DNA from: Bacteroidota bacterium
Lineage (GTDB): Bacteria; Bacteroidota; Bacteroidia; NS11-12g; UBA955
NCBI GenBank assembly: GCA_027488835.1
Contig: JAIYAW010000005.1
Coordinates: forward strand, 40,307 to 104,306
Length of the DNA: 64,000 nt
Reading direction: 5' to 3'
This document shows, piece after piece, positions 19,401-28,865 of this stretch (positions within the stretch are counted from its first letter, which is position 1; each line of letters opens with the position of its first letter). The position numbers and the translations under genes were made by a program. The notes under the pieces are model-generated. The model was not told the origin of the DNA. It did not search any database and worked only from the letters and a program-made list of their open reading frames with translations.

Positions 19401-19810
19401 CTGCTGAAAGATTGAGTCTTTATAGTGAGTTGTCGAATATTGATACTGAATTGGCACTAAGAGAATTTACCCAACATTTGGTAGATCGATTTGGTAAGAT
19501 GCCAACCGAAGTAATTTCATTGATAGATTCGGTCAGATTAAAATGGGCAGGAAAGGAACTTGGAATGGAGAAAATTGTGCTATCTGAAATGAAAATGCGT
19601 TGTTATTTTCCTGGTGATCCCAATGCTTCTGTATATCAAAGCAGTGCTTTCGCCGAAATTATGGGCTTTATAGCTCAAAATCAGAATAAGTTTGCGGTAA
19701 AACAAACAGACAAAGCTTTAATCGTGCAAGTGAATTTGGTGAATGATATTTTTGAAGCACTTCATATTTTAGGGGAGTGGAAGACTTATCTAAATCGTGA
19801 ATTAATTTAA
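16466..19810 (+). CDS. mfd: Transcription-repair coupling factor
   Basis: 1114 aa; DEAD/DEAH helicase motifs (GDVGFGKTEVAMRSAF, VIDEEQKFGV, TLTATPIPRTL) and a C-terminal TRCF domain. Confidence 0.95.
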   Translation: MNTREILSEYLKIEPVKELVENCQTDNKTIFLQGLSGSGGAMVVASVYASLQHPLLLVMPNKEEATYLKSDLENLLIGEPIYFLPESFLKPYQPARESAMSVQERIETLSSFRKNNKRILVTYGRALAEFVIDKVQLTQNSFEIAKGQILDVDFLMEFLEINEFERVDFVFEPGQFSLRGGIFDLFSFAHEYPFRIELDGDIIESIRAFDVNNQLSIKEMAQFSLVPKINATHDIKKSTIFDYLHENTLVFSLDSFLQVEDLAKGWETALQNHQAAIDLKSENLPIHPKEIWMSPKQWVQSFSKFRQIYLGGEKPLEKFITIGFQQEPQPIFKRNFDMLKTWLAENQQKQYQTLVFSDNSRQIERLQTILKDTSIEHEFTPVYVGLSGGFLDAEAKIAFVTEHQLFDKYYRPKSRQQYSNQTSLTLRELKNLKPGDFVTHIDHGIGRFAGLEKMQMNGVTQEVVRLVYRDNDLLYLSVNSLHKISKYSGKDGTAPSMHKLGSGAWEKQKRTTKKKVKDIARELIALYAKRKKEKGFAFAPDNYLQLELEASFFYEDTPDQAKATDDIKRDMENEQPMDRLICGDVGFGKTEVAMRSAFKAVCDSKQVAILVPTTILAQQHYRTFKKRFAGFPVEVDYLNRFKSTKEQKETLEKLKSGKVDVIIGTHRLLGKDIEFKDLGLMVIDEEQKFGVGAKEKLKAIKVNIDTLTLTATPIPRTLHFSLMGARDLSIINTPPPNRQPVHTELATYNRELLGKVVTDEMNRGGQVFVVHSRVKDIHELANVIASEVPGVRVCVAHGQMEGHELEDVMVKFIEGEYDVLVATTIIESGLDIPNANTIVINNAHLFGLSDLHQMRGRVGRSNIKAFCYLLSPPVNLLPEDSRKRLRTLEEYSELGSGFQVAMRDLDIRGAGNLLGAEQSGFISEMGFDMYHKILDEAVRELKNEEFTDTFDTSYDIKSRDCQIDTHYEILIPSNYVSQTAERLSLYSELSNIDTELALREFTQHLVDRFGKMPTEVISLIDSVRLKWAGKELGMEKIVLSEMKMRCYFPGDPNASVYQSSAFAEIMGFIAQNQNKFAVKQTDKALIVQVNLVNDIFEALHILGEWKTYLNRELI

Positions 19811-19811
19811 A

Positions 19812-20900
19812 ATGATGCAAAAACTCTTTCTCTACACCTTTGTTTTAATGATGGTTACAATGACTACAAAAATCTTTTCACAAACTAAGCTTCCAACACA
19901 TAATCCCAATCTTCCTTTTATAAGCGCTAAGAAAAATATATGGGCAGGGAATCCGCTTTTAAACGGGAAATATGTAAATATTGAATTTCCGCACACAATT
20001 GGATTTAAAGATGTGATGAAGTGGAAAAGAATGAAAAATCCATATGAGGCATTTAAAAAAACCGATACCACCAAAATTGAAATTTTTGAAGGTGCTGAAA
20101 AAGCGATCACAGATACTTCAGATGGCATATTTTGGTTGGGTCACGCTACTTTCTTGATTCGACTGGCCGGAAAAACATTTATTACAGACCCCGTCTTTGG
20201 AAAGGTATCTGGTTTTTTAGCCAGGAAATCAGTATTGCCAATTAGCCCTGAAAAGTTACCTAAAATTGATTATTTACTCATGTCTCACGATCACCGAGAC
20301 CATTGTGATAAAATGAGCCTTAAATTCCTTTCGAAAAAAAATCCACAAATGAAATATTTTTCAGGTTTGGAAATGGACAAAATATTGGGAGATTTTTTGA
20401 AAGGCAATGAGGGACAAACAGCCGGTTGGTATCAACAGTACACCTTAGAGAATCATGTTTTTAAGTTGTGGTTTCTTCCAACGAGGCACTGGTGCAAAAG
20501 AGGTTTAACCGATGAGAATATTCGTTTGTGGGGTTCTTTTATATTAGAAATTGATGGGTTGGTAATTTATTTTGGCGGTGACAGTGGTTACGGTAGTCAT
20601 TATAAAGAAACTGCTGAATTATTTCCTAAGATTGATATAGCGATTTTGGGGATAGGTGCATTTGAACCAGAATGGTTTATGGAATCCAATCATTCTTCAC
20701 CGGCAAAAGCGTTTCAATCTTTCCAAGATTTAAATGCGAAGTATATGGTTCCTATGCATTATGGCACATTTGATTTGGCCGATGAACCGGTTTGTTTGCC
20801 TGGTCAAATGTTAAATGAACTTGCAATAGAGAAAAAGAAAACCCAACAGGTTTTAATTCCACTGTTGGGTCAAAATATACTTGAAATGTTAAAGAAATAA
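19812..20900 (+). CDS. MBL-fold metallo-hydrolase (NAPE-PLD-like / Zn-dependent hydrolase)
   Basis: LMSHDHRDHCD metal-binding motif and a GGDSGYG stretch; signal peptide. Separated from the mfd stop by 1 bp. Confidence 0.8.
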   Translation: MMQKLFLYTFVLMMVTMTTKIFSQTKLPTHNPNLPFISAKKNIWAGNPLLNGKYVNIEFPHTIGFKDVMKWKRMKNPYEAFKKTDTTKIEIFEGAEKAITDTSDGIFWLGHATFLIRLAGKTFITDPVFGKVSGFLARKSVLPISPEKLPKIDYLLMSHDHRDHCDKMSLKFLSKKNPQMKYFSGLEMDKILGDFLKGNEGQTAGWYQQYTLENHVFKLWFLPTRHWCKRGLTDENIRLWGSFILEIDGLVIYFGGDSGYGSHYKETAELFPKIDIAILGIGAFEPEWFMESNHSSPAKAFQSFQDLNAKYMVPMHYGTFDLADEPVCLPGQMLNELAIEKKKTQQVLIPLLGQNILEMLKK

Positions 20901-20905
20901 GAATC

Positions 20906-22726
20906 TTATTTCTTTATTATTCTCGTCATTTCATTTACATAGAACTGATAGTCCTTTGGTTTTTTACTTTTTGAAATGTTTGTATTTGATTTCGGTTGTT
21001 CTATAACAGGTATGTCATCAACTTTTGCGATAACATTTTTTGGTTGGTCAGCGTATGCCACTTCTTTTTGTTCCGTAGCTACAACCTGTGCAGTTTGTTC
21101 AATAGATTCTTGAGCTTTTATTTCGGTTTTTGTTTCTGATACAGGAGTTTGAATCGTTTCTTTTGGTGCTTCTGTTTTTGACGTTGGTTTTGATTCTAGC
21201 TCTGGATTTTTTGGTGCTTCTTCTAATTGTGGAGTACCTTGAATCATTTCTTCTTCGTTGTTCATTGATTCGCCTAAGAATCCATAAGGGCAACCATTAT
21301 TGCTCAATACACCAAAAACCTTTCGACAACTATCTCTCTTATCAGGCACACCATCATTGTCCCTATCTTTTTGTGTACCAATGTAAATATTTAATCCAAT
21401 TGTACCAGAAATATTGTTGGTATGTGCATATTCGGCAGCACCCCAAGCATTGTTGATGTTAAAGTAAGGCTGAATGACTCCCAAATTCAAACTCATTCCC
21501 ACGGATATTCTATTTTGGGAGTTTTGAAAATCATATTTACAATAGGTAGCCCTAATGTCTAAAATTTCTCCAATTTCTTGATGCACACCGGCGGATACAA
21601 ATGCTTTGTCACCGAGAACTCCAAAACCGTATCCTCCCACCAATTGAATATTGGTTCTTTTTAATGGAAAAAACTCTAGTCCTAATGTATATCTCGGTTT
21701 TAAATAAGTTGTGTAGTTTGAAATAGTTTTGGAGGATCCTTGGAATTTTAAATTTAAGGTATCTCTATATTGTTTTGCAATGTCATTGTTTAAATTGTTT
21801 GTTTGACCGGTATCTAGGCCTTTAAATATCCATTCTCCTTTAAATAATTTATGTTCCGTTGGAAGTACGTCCCATGTAATTTTACCCAAATTTTGAATGC
21901 TTCCTGAAACCCTCAATTTTTCGTTAATTCTATAAACGAAACCGGTACCAAAAGAAAATCCTTGATTTGAAGAAATACTAACTTTGCCCAATTGCGTGTT
22001 TACGGATTTGTTTATGTTTTCACGATAGGCACTATCGCCAATTTGCGACAAATCAATACCCATGAGTGATGCTTGGGCATTGGCTTCAACCGTTGCTCTA
22101 ATTTGATAAATTGAACTTACACCGGTATCGGTTTGCAAGCGCAAATATGTATTGCCTGCTTGTATGTTTGCAATTCCATTTATCAAACCTAGATTTACAC
22201 CAACTGATAATTCATTGGTGATTTGACGTCCATAGGTGATTTCATTTTTAAGGTATGAAGTGAAATTGGTATTTGAAAAATCAATATTGGCTTCTTTCCC
22301 AATAAATGCGCCATTCCCAAAATAAGCCAGACCAAATAAATCCTTGGGTGTATTAAGATTTCCTTCCAGAACAATTGAAGTTGTGTATGTGAAATAAGCT
22401 TTTTTACTGCGAATACCAAAGTGAAATAAATTGGTATTGGAAATAAAATCTAAGCCAATTTGTTTTTGACTTGAATTCATTAAATTTCTAATACTTTGAG
22501 AATCACTTTCAAGTTTGTTAAAAATGGAGTTTAAATTAAATCCATTTAAACCGACGCTATTAAAGGAATTGAACCCAAGGGTAAATTTATGCTGAGGCAA
22601 AAATCCAGGGTTCACAAGGGCAGATTGACTTAAGTGACGGTTATTGTAATCAAAGTTCATTTGTGCTTTTACAAAATTCATTTGAATGATGCAAATTGCT
22701 GCGATTAAAAGATTTTTCATTTTCAT
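20906..22726 (-). CDS. Outer-membrane beta-barrel protein of unknown function with a thrombospondin type 3 repeat and a low-complexity C-terminal tail
   Basis: Signal peptide; approx 430 aa of alternating amphipathic beta-strand-like segments rich in G/N/S/T/Y. The post-signal segment ALVNPGFLP loosely resembles the PorP/SprF N-terminal motif. A DRDNDGVPDKRDSC Ca-binding TSP3 repeat sits near aa 450 with no OmpA domain after it, followed by a P/T/E/K-rich tail. Confidence 0.5.
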   Translation of the reverse strand: MKMKNLLIAAICIIQMNFVKAQMNFDYNNRHLSQSALVNPGFLPQHKFTLGFNSFNSVGLNGFNLNSIFNKLESDSQSIRNLMNSSQKQIGLDFISNTNLFHFGIRSKKAYFTYTTSIVLEGNLNTPKDLFGLAYFGNGAFIGKEANIDFSNTNFTSYLKNEITYGRQITNELSVGVNLGLINGIANIQAGNTYLRLQTDTGVSSIYQIRATVEANAQASLMGIDLSQIGDSAYRENINKSVNTQLGKVSISSNQGFSFGTGFVYRINEKLRVSGSIQNLGKITWDVLPTEHKLFKGEWIFKGLDTGQTNNLNNDIAKQYRDTLNLKFQGSSKTISNYTTYLKPRYTLGLEFFPLKRTNIQLVGGYGFGVLGDKAFVSAGVHQEIGEILDIRATYCKYDFQNSQNRISVGMSLNLGVIQPYFNINNAWGAAEYAHTNNISGTIGLNIYIGTQKDRDNDGVPDKRDSCRKVFGVLSNNGCPYGFLGESMNNEEEMIQGTPQLEEAPKNPELESKPTSKTEAPKETIQTPVSETKTEIKAQESIEQTAQVVATEQKEVAYADQPKNVIAKVDDIPVIEQPKSNTNISKSKKPKDYQFYVNEMTRIIKK

Positions 22727-22746
22727 ATTTTCGTTCTCTTAATCGT

Positions 22747-24822
22747 TTAAATTTTTATTTTCCCTCTAAATGCAATGGAAACGTCGAGTTTACTGTCGGT
22801 ATAAATACTCACGGGAACATTTCCTGAATTGTAGGTATTGAAGTTTGCCCTAATCATAATGTATTTACATTTCTGGTCGTCTAATTTTTTCAATAAACTA
22901 TTTTTCATTAAAAAGGTCGTCATGTTTTCTGAAAAAGTAATTACTCGGCCATTTGCATCTGGTATGCCCGACGTCAAAAGTGTAATGTTCATCAACGAGT
23001 CTATTTTGGCGTATTTGTCGTCTGTAAAAATCAAATCTAAAGATCCATCAAGTGGAAACCCATTATTTGTTTTTATTTTTAATTCTAGGAAATCAAAGTT
23101 TGTTTTACCTTGAAGTGTTTCACCATTTTCTACGGTATCTATGTATGTAAAATCTTTGGCAGTAAACGTCATTGGAATATCTGCATCAAAACCTACTACA
23201 ATTGAACCTGAACTTACAATGTGGTTATTGTAATTTACAAACCCTTTTGGATTCATGATTGCTTTACCAATGATGTTAAAGGTATTTGCCGGCATTCCCA
23301 AACAATTTACAATATTTGAATTTGTTTTATTTATGGAGAATGTTTGAGATTTGATTTGACCTTTTTGTGCAATTGTTGGGAAGGGTAATTGCATGGAATC
23401 GACATTCATTGGCAATGAGTTATTTTTATCGTCTTTAGCCGTTATATCTAATTTTAACAAAATTGGCACACCAAAGGAATTGTCAACGTAAATATTCATA
23501 ATTGGATTTTCCATGCGAATGCCTTTTCCAAGTTTACTTAATTGACTAACGTCCAAATCATTGATGTTGATATCAAAGGTCCTTGTCCCCAAATAACCAT
23601 CTAAGTAATCAAATTTTGCTGTAGAAGCATCAAGCGTCATTTTTATATTGTCTGATGAATCAAAATTCACCATGCCATTTGATGCTTTTATGGATATAGA
23701 TACTTTCGTGCGCAATGTGTTATAGTCTTTTGGTGCAGAAGCACCCAAAAACAAATTGGTATTTGAGAAATTGATATTGGAATTTGTTGTAGACTTAGAA
23801 ACAGCATTGATTGCAAAAGGACTAATTGGATTCCCTGAAATCGTCGCGTCTAGGAAATCAACATTTAAATTAACATCTGTAGGAAATTTAGATTCTATTA
23901 TTACCGGAACATTTGAATTGGTGCTACCAAAAAGTATGTTTCTCAAACGTGCATCCGATGAAGGATCAGATAAATCAAGATCCAAATTTTGTGGTTTGAT
24001 TGTTTGAGAATTAATTACTGCTCTTCCTCCAATACAAATTAAGTTTTTACCAATTGCAGAAATAGTTATGGTACTTAATGTATCAATAATAACTTTCGAA
24101 GGACTTTGGTCAACGTTCGTAACTGGTGTTATAAAGCTTAAATCGTTTGATAATTCAACTCCTTCAAGGTTTATGCTGTCTCTACCCGATGAATTTGCTG
24201 GAATATTAAAGAATTTAGCAGTTCCCAATGTATGTGGTGTAGGCAAATTGTCAATAATGGTAATTTGTATTTCAGATACATTGGTAGGGAAATTATTTTT
24301 TATATCAAACACCAAATATCCTTTTGAAATTTTCAATGCTTCATAACTTGTGCTTTTTGCTATGTTGGTAGGTTTACTATTTGATGTATTGAAGGAAGGA
24401 AAAGTATCTAAAGATCCTTGCTTTATTCTGAGTGCTTGCTGTGTATTGTCTGTAGTGCCAAATAATTCCATCAATGTAACTTCTGATTTTTCATTGATCG
24501 ACGGGAATGTTATTGCACCCATGGACATGTTTATTATATTCTTACCTAAAGAAATATCTTTTAACAAAGAATCACCAGATAATTTGAAAACAGAATCCTG
24601 TTTGAATTTTAGATGTATCAAACCATCTGGATCGTACTTTATGATATTGTCTTGTTTTAAGATTTTACCAGCGGTGATTGATGTACTTGCTAGTGGACTT
24701 AATATTTCTGGATTTACACCATTCTTAAATTTATTGAAATCTAAGTCATTCTTTTTGCACTGAGTGTTGAATAATATCAAACCAATGAAAAGAACATAAT
24801 TTATTTTTTTGAATGATTTCAT
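22747..24822 (-). CDS. Large lipoprotein of unknown function (691 aa)
   Basis: Lipoprotein signal (…LFNTQC-KKN), Asn/Ser/Thr-rich beta-type sequence, no T9SS C-terminal domain. It lies 20 bp upstream of the beta-barrel gene on the same strand, so the two are likely co-transcribed. Confidence 0.55.
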   Translation of the reverse strand: MKSFKKINYVLFIGLILFNTQCKKNDLDFNKFKNGVNPEILSPLASTSITAGKILKQDNIIKYDPDGLIHLKFKQDSVFKLSGDSLLKDISLGKNIINMSMGAITFPSINEKSEVTLMELFGTTDNTQQALRIKQGSLDTFPSFNTSNSKPTNIAKSTSYEALKISKGYLVFDIKNNFPTNVSEIQITIIDNLPTPHTLGTAKFFNIPANSSGRDSINLEGVELSNDLSFITPVTNVDQSPSKVIIDTLSTITISAIGKNLICIGGRAVINSQTIKPQNLDLDLSDPSSDARLRNILFGSTNSNVPVIIESKFPTDVNLNVDFLDATISGNPISPFAINAVSKSTTNSNINFSNTNLFLGASAPKDYNTLRTKVSISIKASNGMVNFDSSDNIKMTLDASTAKFDYLDGYLGTRTFDININDLDVSQLSKLGKGIRMENPIMNIYVDNSFGVPILLKLDITAKDDKNNSLPMNVDSMQLPFPTIAQKGQIKSQTFSINKTNSNIVNCLGMPANTFNIIGKAIMNPKGFVNYNNHIVSSGSIVVGFDADIPMTFTAKDFTYIDTVENGETLQGKTNFDFLELKIKTNNGFPLDGSLDLIFTDDKYAKIDSLMNITLLTSGIPDANGRVITFSENMTTFLMKNSLLKKLDDQKCKYIMIRANFNTYNSGNVPVSIYTDSKLDVSIAFRGKIKI

Positions 24823-24937
24823 GTTGTTTCTTGTTGTGAAAAATATATCTCCCGAAGATTTTATTATTTACAAATTTAAGGTTAACTTGTTTGTATTTAG
24901 TTGATTTTTTTCTATTAAATAAATGTTTAATTGAAAA

Positions 24938-25774
24938 TTAATGTTGTTTTAATGAAATTGAATCCTCAGCAATTACAATCAGTCCTTTTTTATAAAGTGT
25001 CCCAATTGCCATTTTAAATGTTTTTTTGCTCATTTGCAGTTCATCTTTGATTTCCTCTGGGTCACTTTTATCTGACAAATGCAAATAGCCTTTGTTTTTA
25101 TCAAGCTTATTCAAAATTCTTTCGGAGCTAGAATCCATTTTGCCTCTACCAATGCGCTCTAGGCTTAAATCAATGAGTAAGTCGGTTCGGATATGTTTCA
25201 CATAGCAGCTAAAAATATCACCCACAAAAACAGGTTTGTATGTTTCATTTGCATAAATAATACCACGGTATTTTCCTTCAACAATTACTTGCATTCCACG
25301 GTCTGTTTCTTCGAAGGCCATAACCTCTACTTTTTGATTTAGCTGTAAATTAACGCTTTCAACGTGTAATGATTTTTTAATTTTTGTAGTTCCAACCAGA
25401 CGGTCAGATGCAAAATCGCGGTATACAAAAATCACATACCATTGACCGACCATCATTTGTCCGTTTTGCTCTCTAAATGGAACAAGCAGGTCTTTCTCTA
25501 GTCCCCAGTCCATAAACGCACCAACAGAATTCACAGCATTTACTTGTAAATATGCATATTGGTATACTTCAACCTTAGGAATCAGTGTGGTTGCAACAAT
25601 TCTATCTTCAGAATCTTTATAGATAAAAACCTCTATTTGGTCATTAAATTCATAAACCAAAGGGACATATTTATTTGGTAATAAAACCTCATTGCCTTCG
25701 TTATCTCCTAAGAATAAACCGAAGTCAGTTAATCTATCGATATTTAAAAATTGGGTAATTCCGATTGTAATCAT
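24938..25774 (-). CDS. cvfB: CvfB/YitL-family S1-like RNA-binding protein
   Basis: 278 aa. Repeated S1-like segments (GQWYVIFVYRDFASDRLVGT; VEVMAFEETDRGMQVIVEGKYRG) and a C-terminal winged-helix-like tail, as in CvfB. Confidence 0.7.
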   Translation of the reverse strand: MITIGITQFLNIDRLTDFGLFLGDNEGNEVLLPNKYVPLVYEFNDQIEVFIYKDSEDRIVATTLIPKVEVYQYAYLQVNAVNSVGAFMDWGLEKDLLVPFREQNGQMMVGQWYVIFVYRDFASDRLVGTTKIKKSLHVESVNLQLNQKVEVMAFEETDRGMQVIVEGKYRGIIYANETYKPVFVGDIFSCYVKHIRTDLLIDLSLERIGRGKMDSSSERILNKLDKNKGYLHLSDKSDPEEIKDELQMSKKTFKMAIGTLYKKGLIVIAEDSISLKQH

Positions 25775-25890
25775 GTGATTTGCAAAATTCGGTATTATTT
25801 ATCGAATTCTGACATTTTGTTTGCGTTCAAGTGAGAATTGTGTATTTAATCTGTAAAAGCATATTTTTTTAACGAACTTTGAACTAAAGT

Positions 25891-26535
25891 ATGGAAAGAA
25901 AAATAGAAAATTTAAAATACGTTTTTCAGGATTTTGAACCTAATTTGATTCATGATATAATCGACAATGCAATTGTAAAGGAAGTTGAATCTGGTGAAAT
26001 TGTGATGCGCACAGGACAACATTTGTCTTCTGCCATGATATTATTAAATGGAACATTGAAAATTTACAGAGAAGGAGATGAGGGAGGAGAGTTTTTTCTT
26101 TATTATTTAAATTCCGGTGAAGCTTGTGCAATGTCGCTTACTTGTTTAAATCACCAAGAAAAAAGCCAAGTTACTGCAATTGCTGTTGATTCAACCACGA
26201 TACTTTTTATCCCAATGGCAAAGGTGAATGAATGGATTCGGCTTTATAGAACTTGGTCAGATTTTGTCATTAATACTTACCGAACACGTTTTGAAGATGC
26301 ATTGCTTGTATTAGATAGCGTTGCATTTAGAGGGATGGATGAGCGCTTGGAATTCTATTTGAAAAAGCAAGTTGAAAATTGTGGTTGTAACGACTTGCAA
26401 ATTAATCATCAAACTATAGCCAACGATTTAAATTCATCGAGGGAGGTTATTTCCCGACTTTTGAAAAAAATGGAACAGCGCGGAATTGTAATCCTACATA
26501 GAAATCACATTGAATTTATAGGACAAGATTGTTAG
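25891..26535 (+). CDS. Crp/Fnr-family transcriptional regulator
   Basis: N-terminal cNMP-binding beta-roll (GEFFLYYLNSGEA) and a C-terminal HTH (SREVISRLLKKMEQRGIV); 214 aa. Confidence 0.85.
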   Translation: MERKIENLKYVFQDFEPNLIHDIIDNAIVKEVESGEIVMRTGQHLSSAMILLNGTLKIYREGDEGGEFFLYYLNSGEACAMSLTCLNHQEKSQVTAIAVDSTTILFIPMAKVNEWIRLYRTWSDFVINTYRTRFEDALLVLDSVAFRGMDERLEFYLKKQVENCGCNDLQINHQTIANDLNSSREVISRLLKKMEQRGIVILHRNHIEFIGQDC

Positions 26536-28835
26536 CGCAATACCATTACATCGCCTTTGTAGACTTGTAACTGTCCCTCAGGACTCAAGAAAGTAGCATG
26601 GTAAACGTAATTTCCAATTGGAACAAGTTCATTGTTGTAATACCCGTCCCAATGTTCATTTGGATCAGTTGATGTGAATAAAATTTGTCCCCATCTGTTA
26701 TAAATCATCAAATTATATTTTGAAATAATATTTCCGGTATTTAGTCCAAATTTGTCATTTAAATCTTTGGTAGAACCCGGCGTGAATGCTGTTGGGAACC
26801 AATAAAGTGGTGATGATTTTACGTAAATATCTTTAGAGAAAGTATCGGCACAACCGTGAATGGTTGATGAAATTAACGTTACTCTGTATTTTCCATAATT
26901 GTCATAGGAGTGGGTTGTGAATTTATTATTGTCGAAATAACCATCTCCAAACTCCCAAGTCCAATTATCATCATTTATGGATAGGTTATTAAAATTTACT
27001 GGATCTGCAGCATGCAATTCGGTAGGCGAATAGCTAAAATTAGCAACAGCTCTTGGGTAAATTGTAATTGCTTTATTTGCAGTGTCAGAGCAGCCAAAAC
27101 TGTTGAAAACTGCCATGGATACATTGAAATTGCCATAATCAGGGAATGCAACATTGTCGTTTTGATTGTAAGACATTCGTCCGTTGCCAAAGTTCCATAA
27201 ATATTTAACAATTATACCACCACCCGGTGTAGATCCATTCGAGAAGCTGATAGGCGTACCTTGGCAATCGTCAGTGAAACTCATTGCAGCATTGGGCATT
27301 GGAGCGATAAATAAAGGTCTTCTCATAGTGTCTTTGCAGCCATTGCTGTTATAAACCACTAAGAAAACATCGGGAACGCCAACGGCACCATAGTAATGAG
27401 TTGCCTTTTTCCCAGTTTCGGTGGGGGAGTTGTCGCCGTAAGACCAAGTTTCAGATTTTAACAAACCGCTTCCTGGCCAACTGAAAGATTCGAATTTTAC
27501 AAAACTATTTTCGCAGGTGTCTGCAACAGTGAAAATAGCTCTTGGTGCTGCCAAAATTTGTATGCGTTTTATTGCTGTATCAGGACAACCACTTTGTGAA
27601 CGAATTACGAGTCGCACATTGAATAATCCGCCTGGCGTATACGTTGTAAATGGGTTTTGTAAACCACTTAGTTTTCCATTTCCAAAATTCCATTGCCACT
27701 GAACTATTTTATCTGATGTAACACCTGAATTATCTGTAAATAAAATACTGTCGTATTCACAATTGCCTTTTACAGAAAATGCAGCTTTCGGATAAGGTGT
27801 TGTGTCGCTTAATGTCCAAATACCAGAAAACCCAATACCTGTGCGATAAGTTACTTCGTTTAAAGGGGTAGAAACGGTTCCATTTACAGGATACAACCAT
27901 TTGTTTACTCCAGTATTGTATTTAATGGCACCCAAATTAGCTTCCGTAATTGTATTATTTGAAGTTATCAAATCTGCGTCGGTATAACCCAATTTAAAAG
28001 TTACATCAGGTTGTTTTGCATATCCATTGTCCTCAACAATCCAAAAACGATCAATCATTCTTTCACTATTTTCACCATCACATTCATTATCTGTATTTTG
28101 AACGCCTGTTGGCATGGGTCGATTGTTAGGAACAGCAACATCGGCTGTGTGGTAAGTAGAAATTGCCACATAGCCTGAATCTTTTGTTTGTATTCCAACA
28201 GAGTTACAAGTAAGTGTGAAATTCAATCTAGTTCCCGCTGCATTCACAAGGGGATAAATAAATATTGGTCCAGTGCTTCCGTCTCTAATATTCCATTGTA
28301 AACGGCTATATCCAAATCCTGGCGAAGTTTCTGTTAGGATTCCACCCGATGAATAAGTGATTGCATTAGGACTGCGGTTGTTAATTATGAGGCTATAAGT
28401 ATTTACATTTAAAATATTGGAATTCAAACGCAATAAACCGGTTCCACCTCCGTTGAAACCACCCCCTACAAGCATATTTTGTTTGAGTGTTACTCCACCT
28501 GTACCTTGTAATGCCAAATCAGGGAAGTGGGTAATTTTTGTACCTCCTATAGAAATATTGTTGCCATAAAGTTCAACTTTTCCAAAATTACTTGTAAAAA
28601 CTACTGTATTTCCTTTGTTTGACCAATTGCCATTTACACGTAAACGGCTATTGGCTGTCATTGAAATAGATGCATCTGAAGTTGCGGCATAATTCCCGAT
28701 AGTGCCATCAACAATGACAAAGGCCCCATCTGTCATTACAATACTTCCACCTGCATGAATTAGTCCTTGTCCCCAAATATTATTTGAAAAAATAAGGGCC
28801 AACATAGCAGGGAATATATTTTTAAGCATTTTCAT
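26532..28835 (-). CDS. T9SS cargo protein: PKD-domain protein with type-B (gliding-motility-associated) C-terminal sorting domain
   Basis: Signal peptide. At least three PKD-like modules (WNFGNG, WTWEFGDG motifs with Cys pairs). C-terminal approx 90 aa (FTPGSTKDLNDKFG...YNRWGQILFTST...WDGYYNN...YVYHATF) match the type B T9SS C-terminal domain. Confidence 0.85.
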   Translation of the reverse strand: MKMLKNIFPAMLALIFSNNIWGQGLIHAGGSIVMTDGAFVIVDGTIGNYAATSDASISMTANSRLRVNGNWSNKGNTVVFTSNFGKVELYGNNISIGGTKITHFPDLALQGTGGVTLKQNMLVGGGFNGGGTGLLRLNSNILNVNTYSLIINNRSPNAITYSSGGILTETSPGFGYSRLQWNIRDGSTGPIFIYPLVNAAGTRLNFTLTCNSVGIQTKDSGYVAISTYHTADVAVPNNRPMPTGVQNTDNECDGENSERMIDRFWIVEDNGYAKQPDVTFKLGYTDADLITSNNTITEANLGAIKYNTGVNKWLYPVNGTVSTPLNEVTYRTGIGFSGIWTLSDTTPYPKAAFSVKGNCEYDSILFTDNSGVTSDKIVQWQWNFGNGKLSGLQNPFTTYTPGGLFNVRLVIRSQSGCPDTAIKRIQILAAPRAIFTVADTCENSFVKFESFSWPGSGLLKSETWSYGDNSPTETGKKATHYYGAVGVPDVFLVVYNSNGCKDTMRRPLFIAPMPNAAMSFTDDCQGTPISFSNGSTPGGGIIVKYLWNFGNGRMSYNQNDNVAFPDYGNFNVSMAVFNSFGCSDTANKAITIYPRAVANFSYSPTELHAADPVNFNNLSINDDNWTWEFGDGYFDNNKFTTHSYDNYGKYRVTLISSTIHGCADTFSKDIYVKSSPLYWFPTAFTPGSTKDLNDKFGLNTGNIISKYNLMIYNRWGQILFTSTDPNEHWDGYYNNELVPIGNYVYHATFLSPEGQLQVYKGDVMVLR

Positions 28836-28865
28836 GAATTCTAAAACTGACGTAACTTGTCAAAA

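Noticed and set aside
21099-21456. ORFs 21130-21456 (+) and 21099-21293 (-) within the beta-barrel gene tail
   Set aside because: They fall in the low-complexity P/T/E/K-encoding region of the 20906-22726 gene, giving compositionally biased spurious frames.
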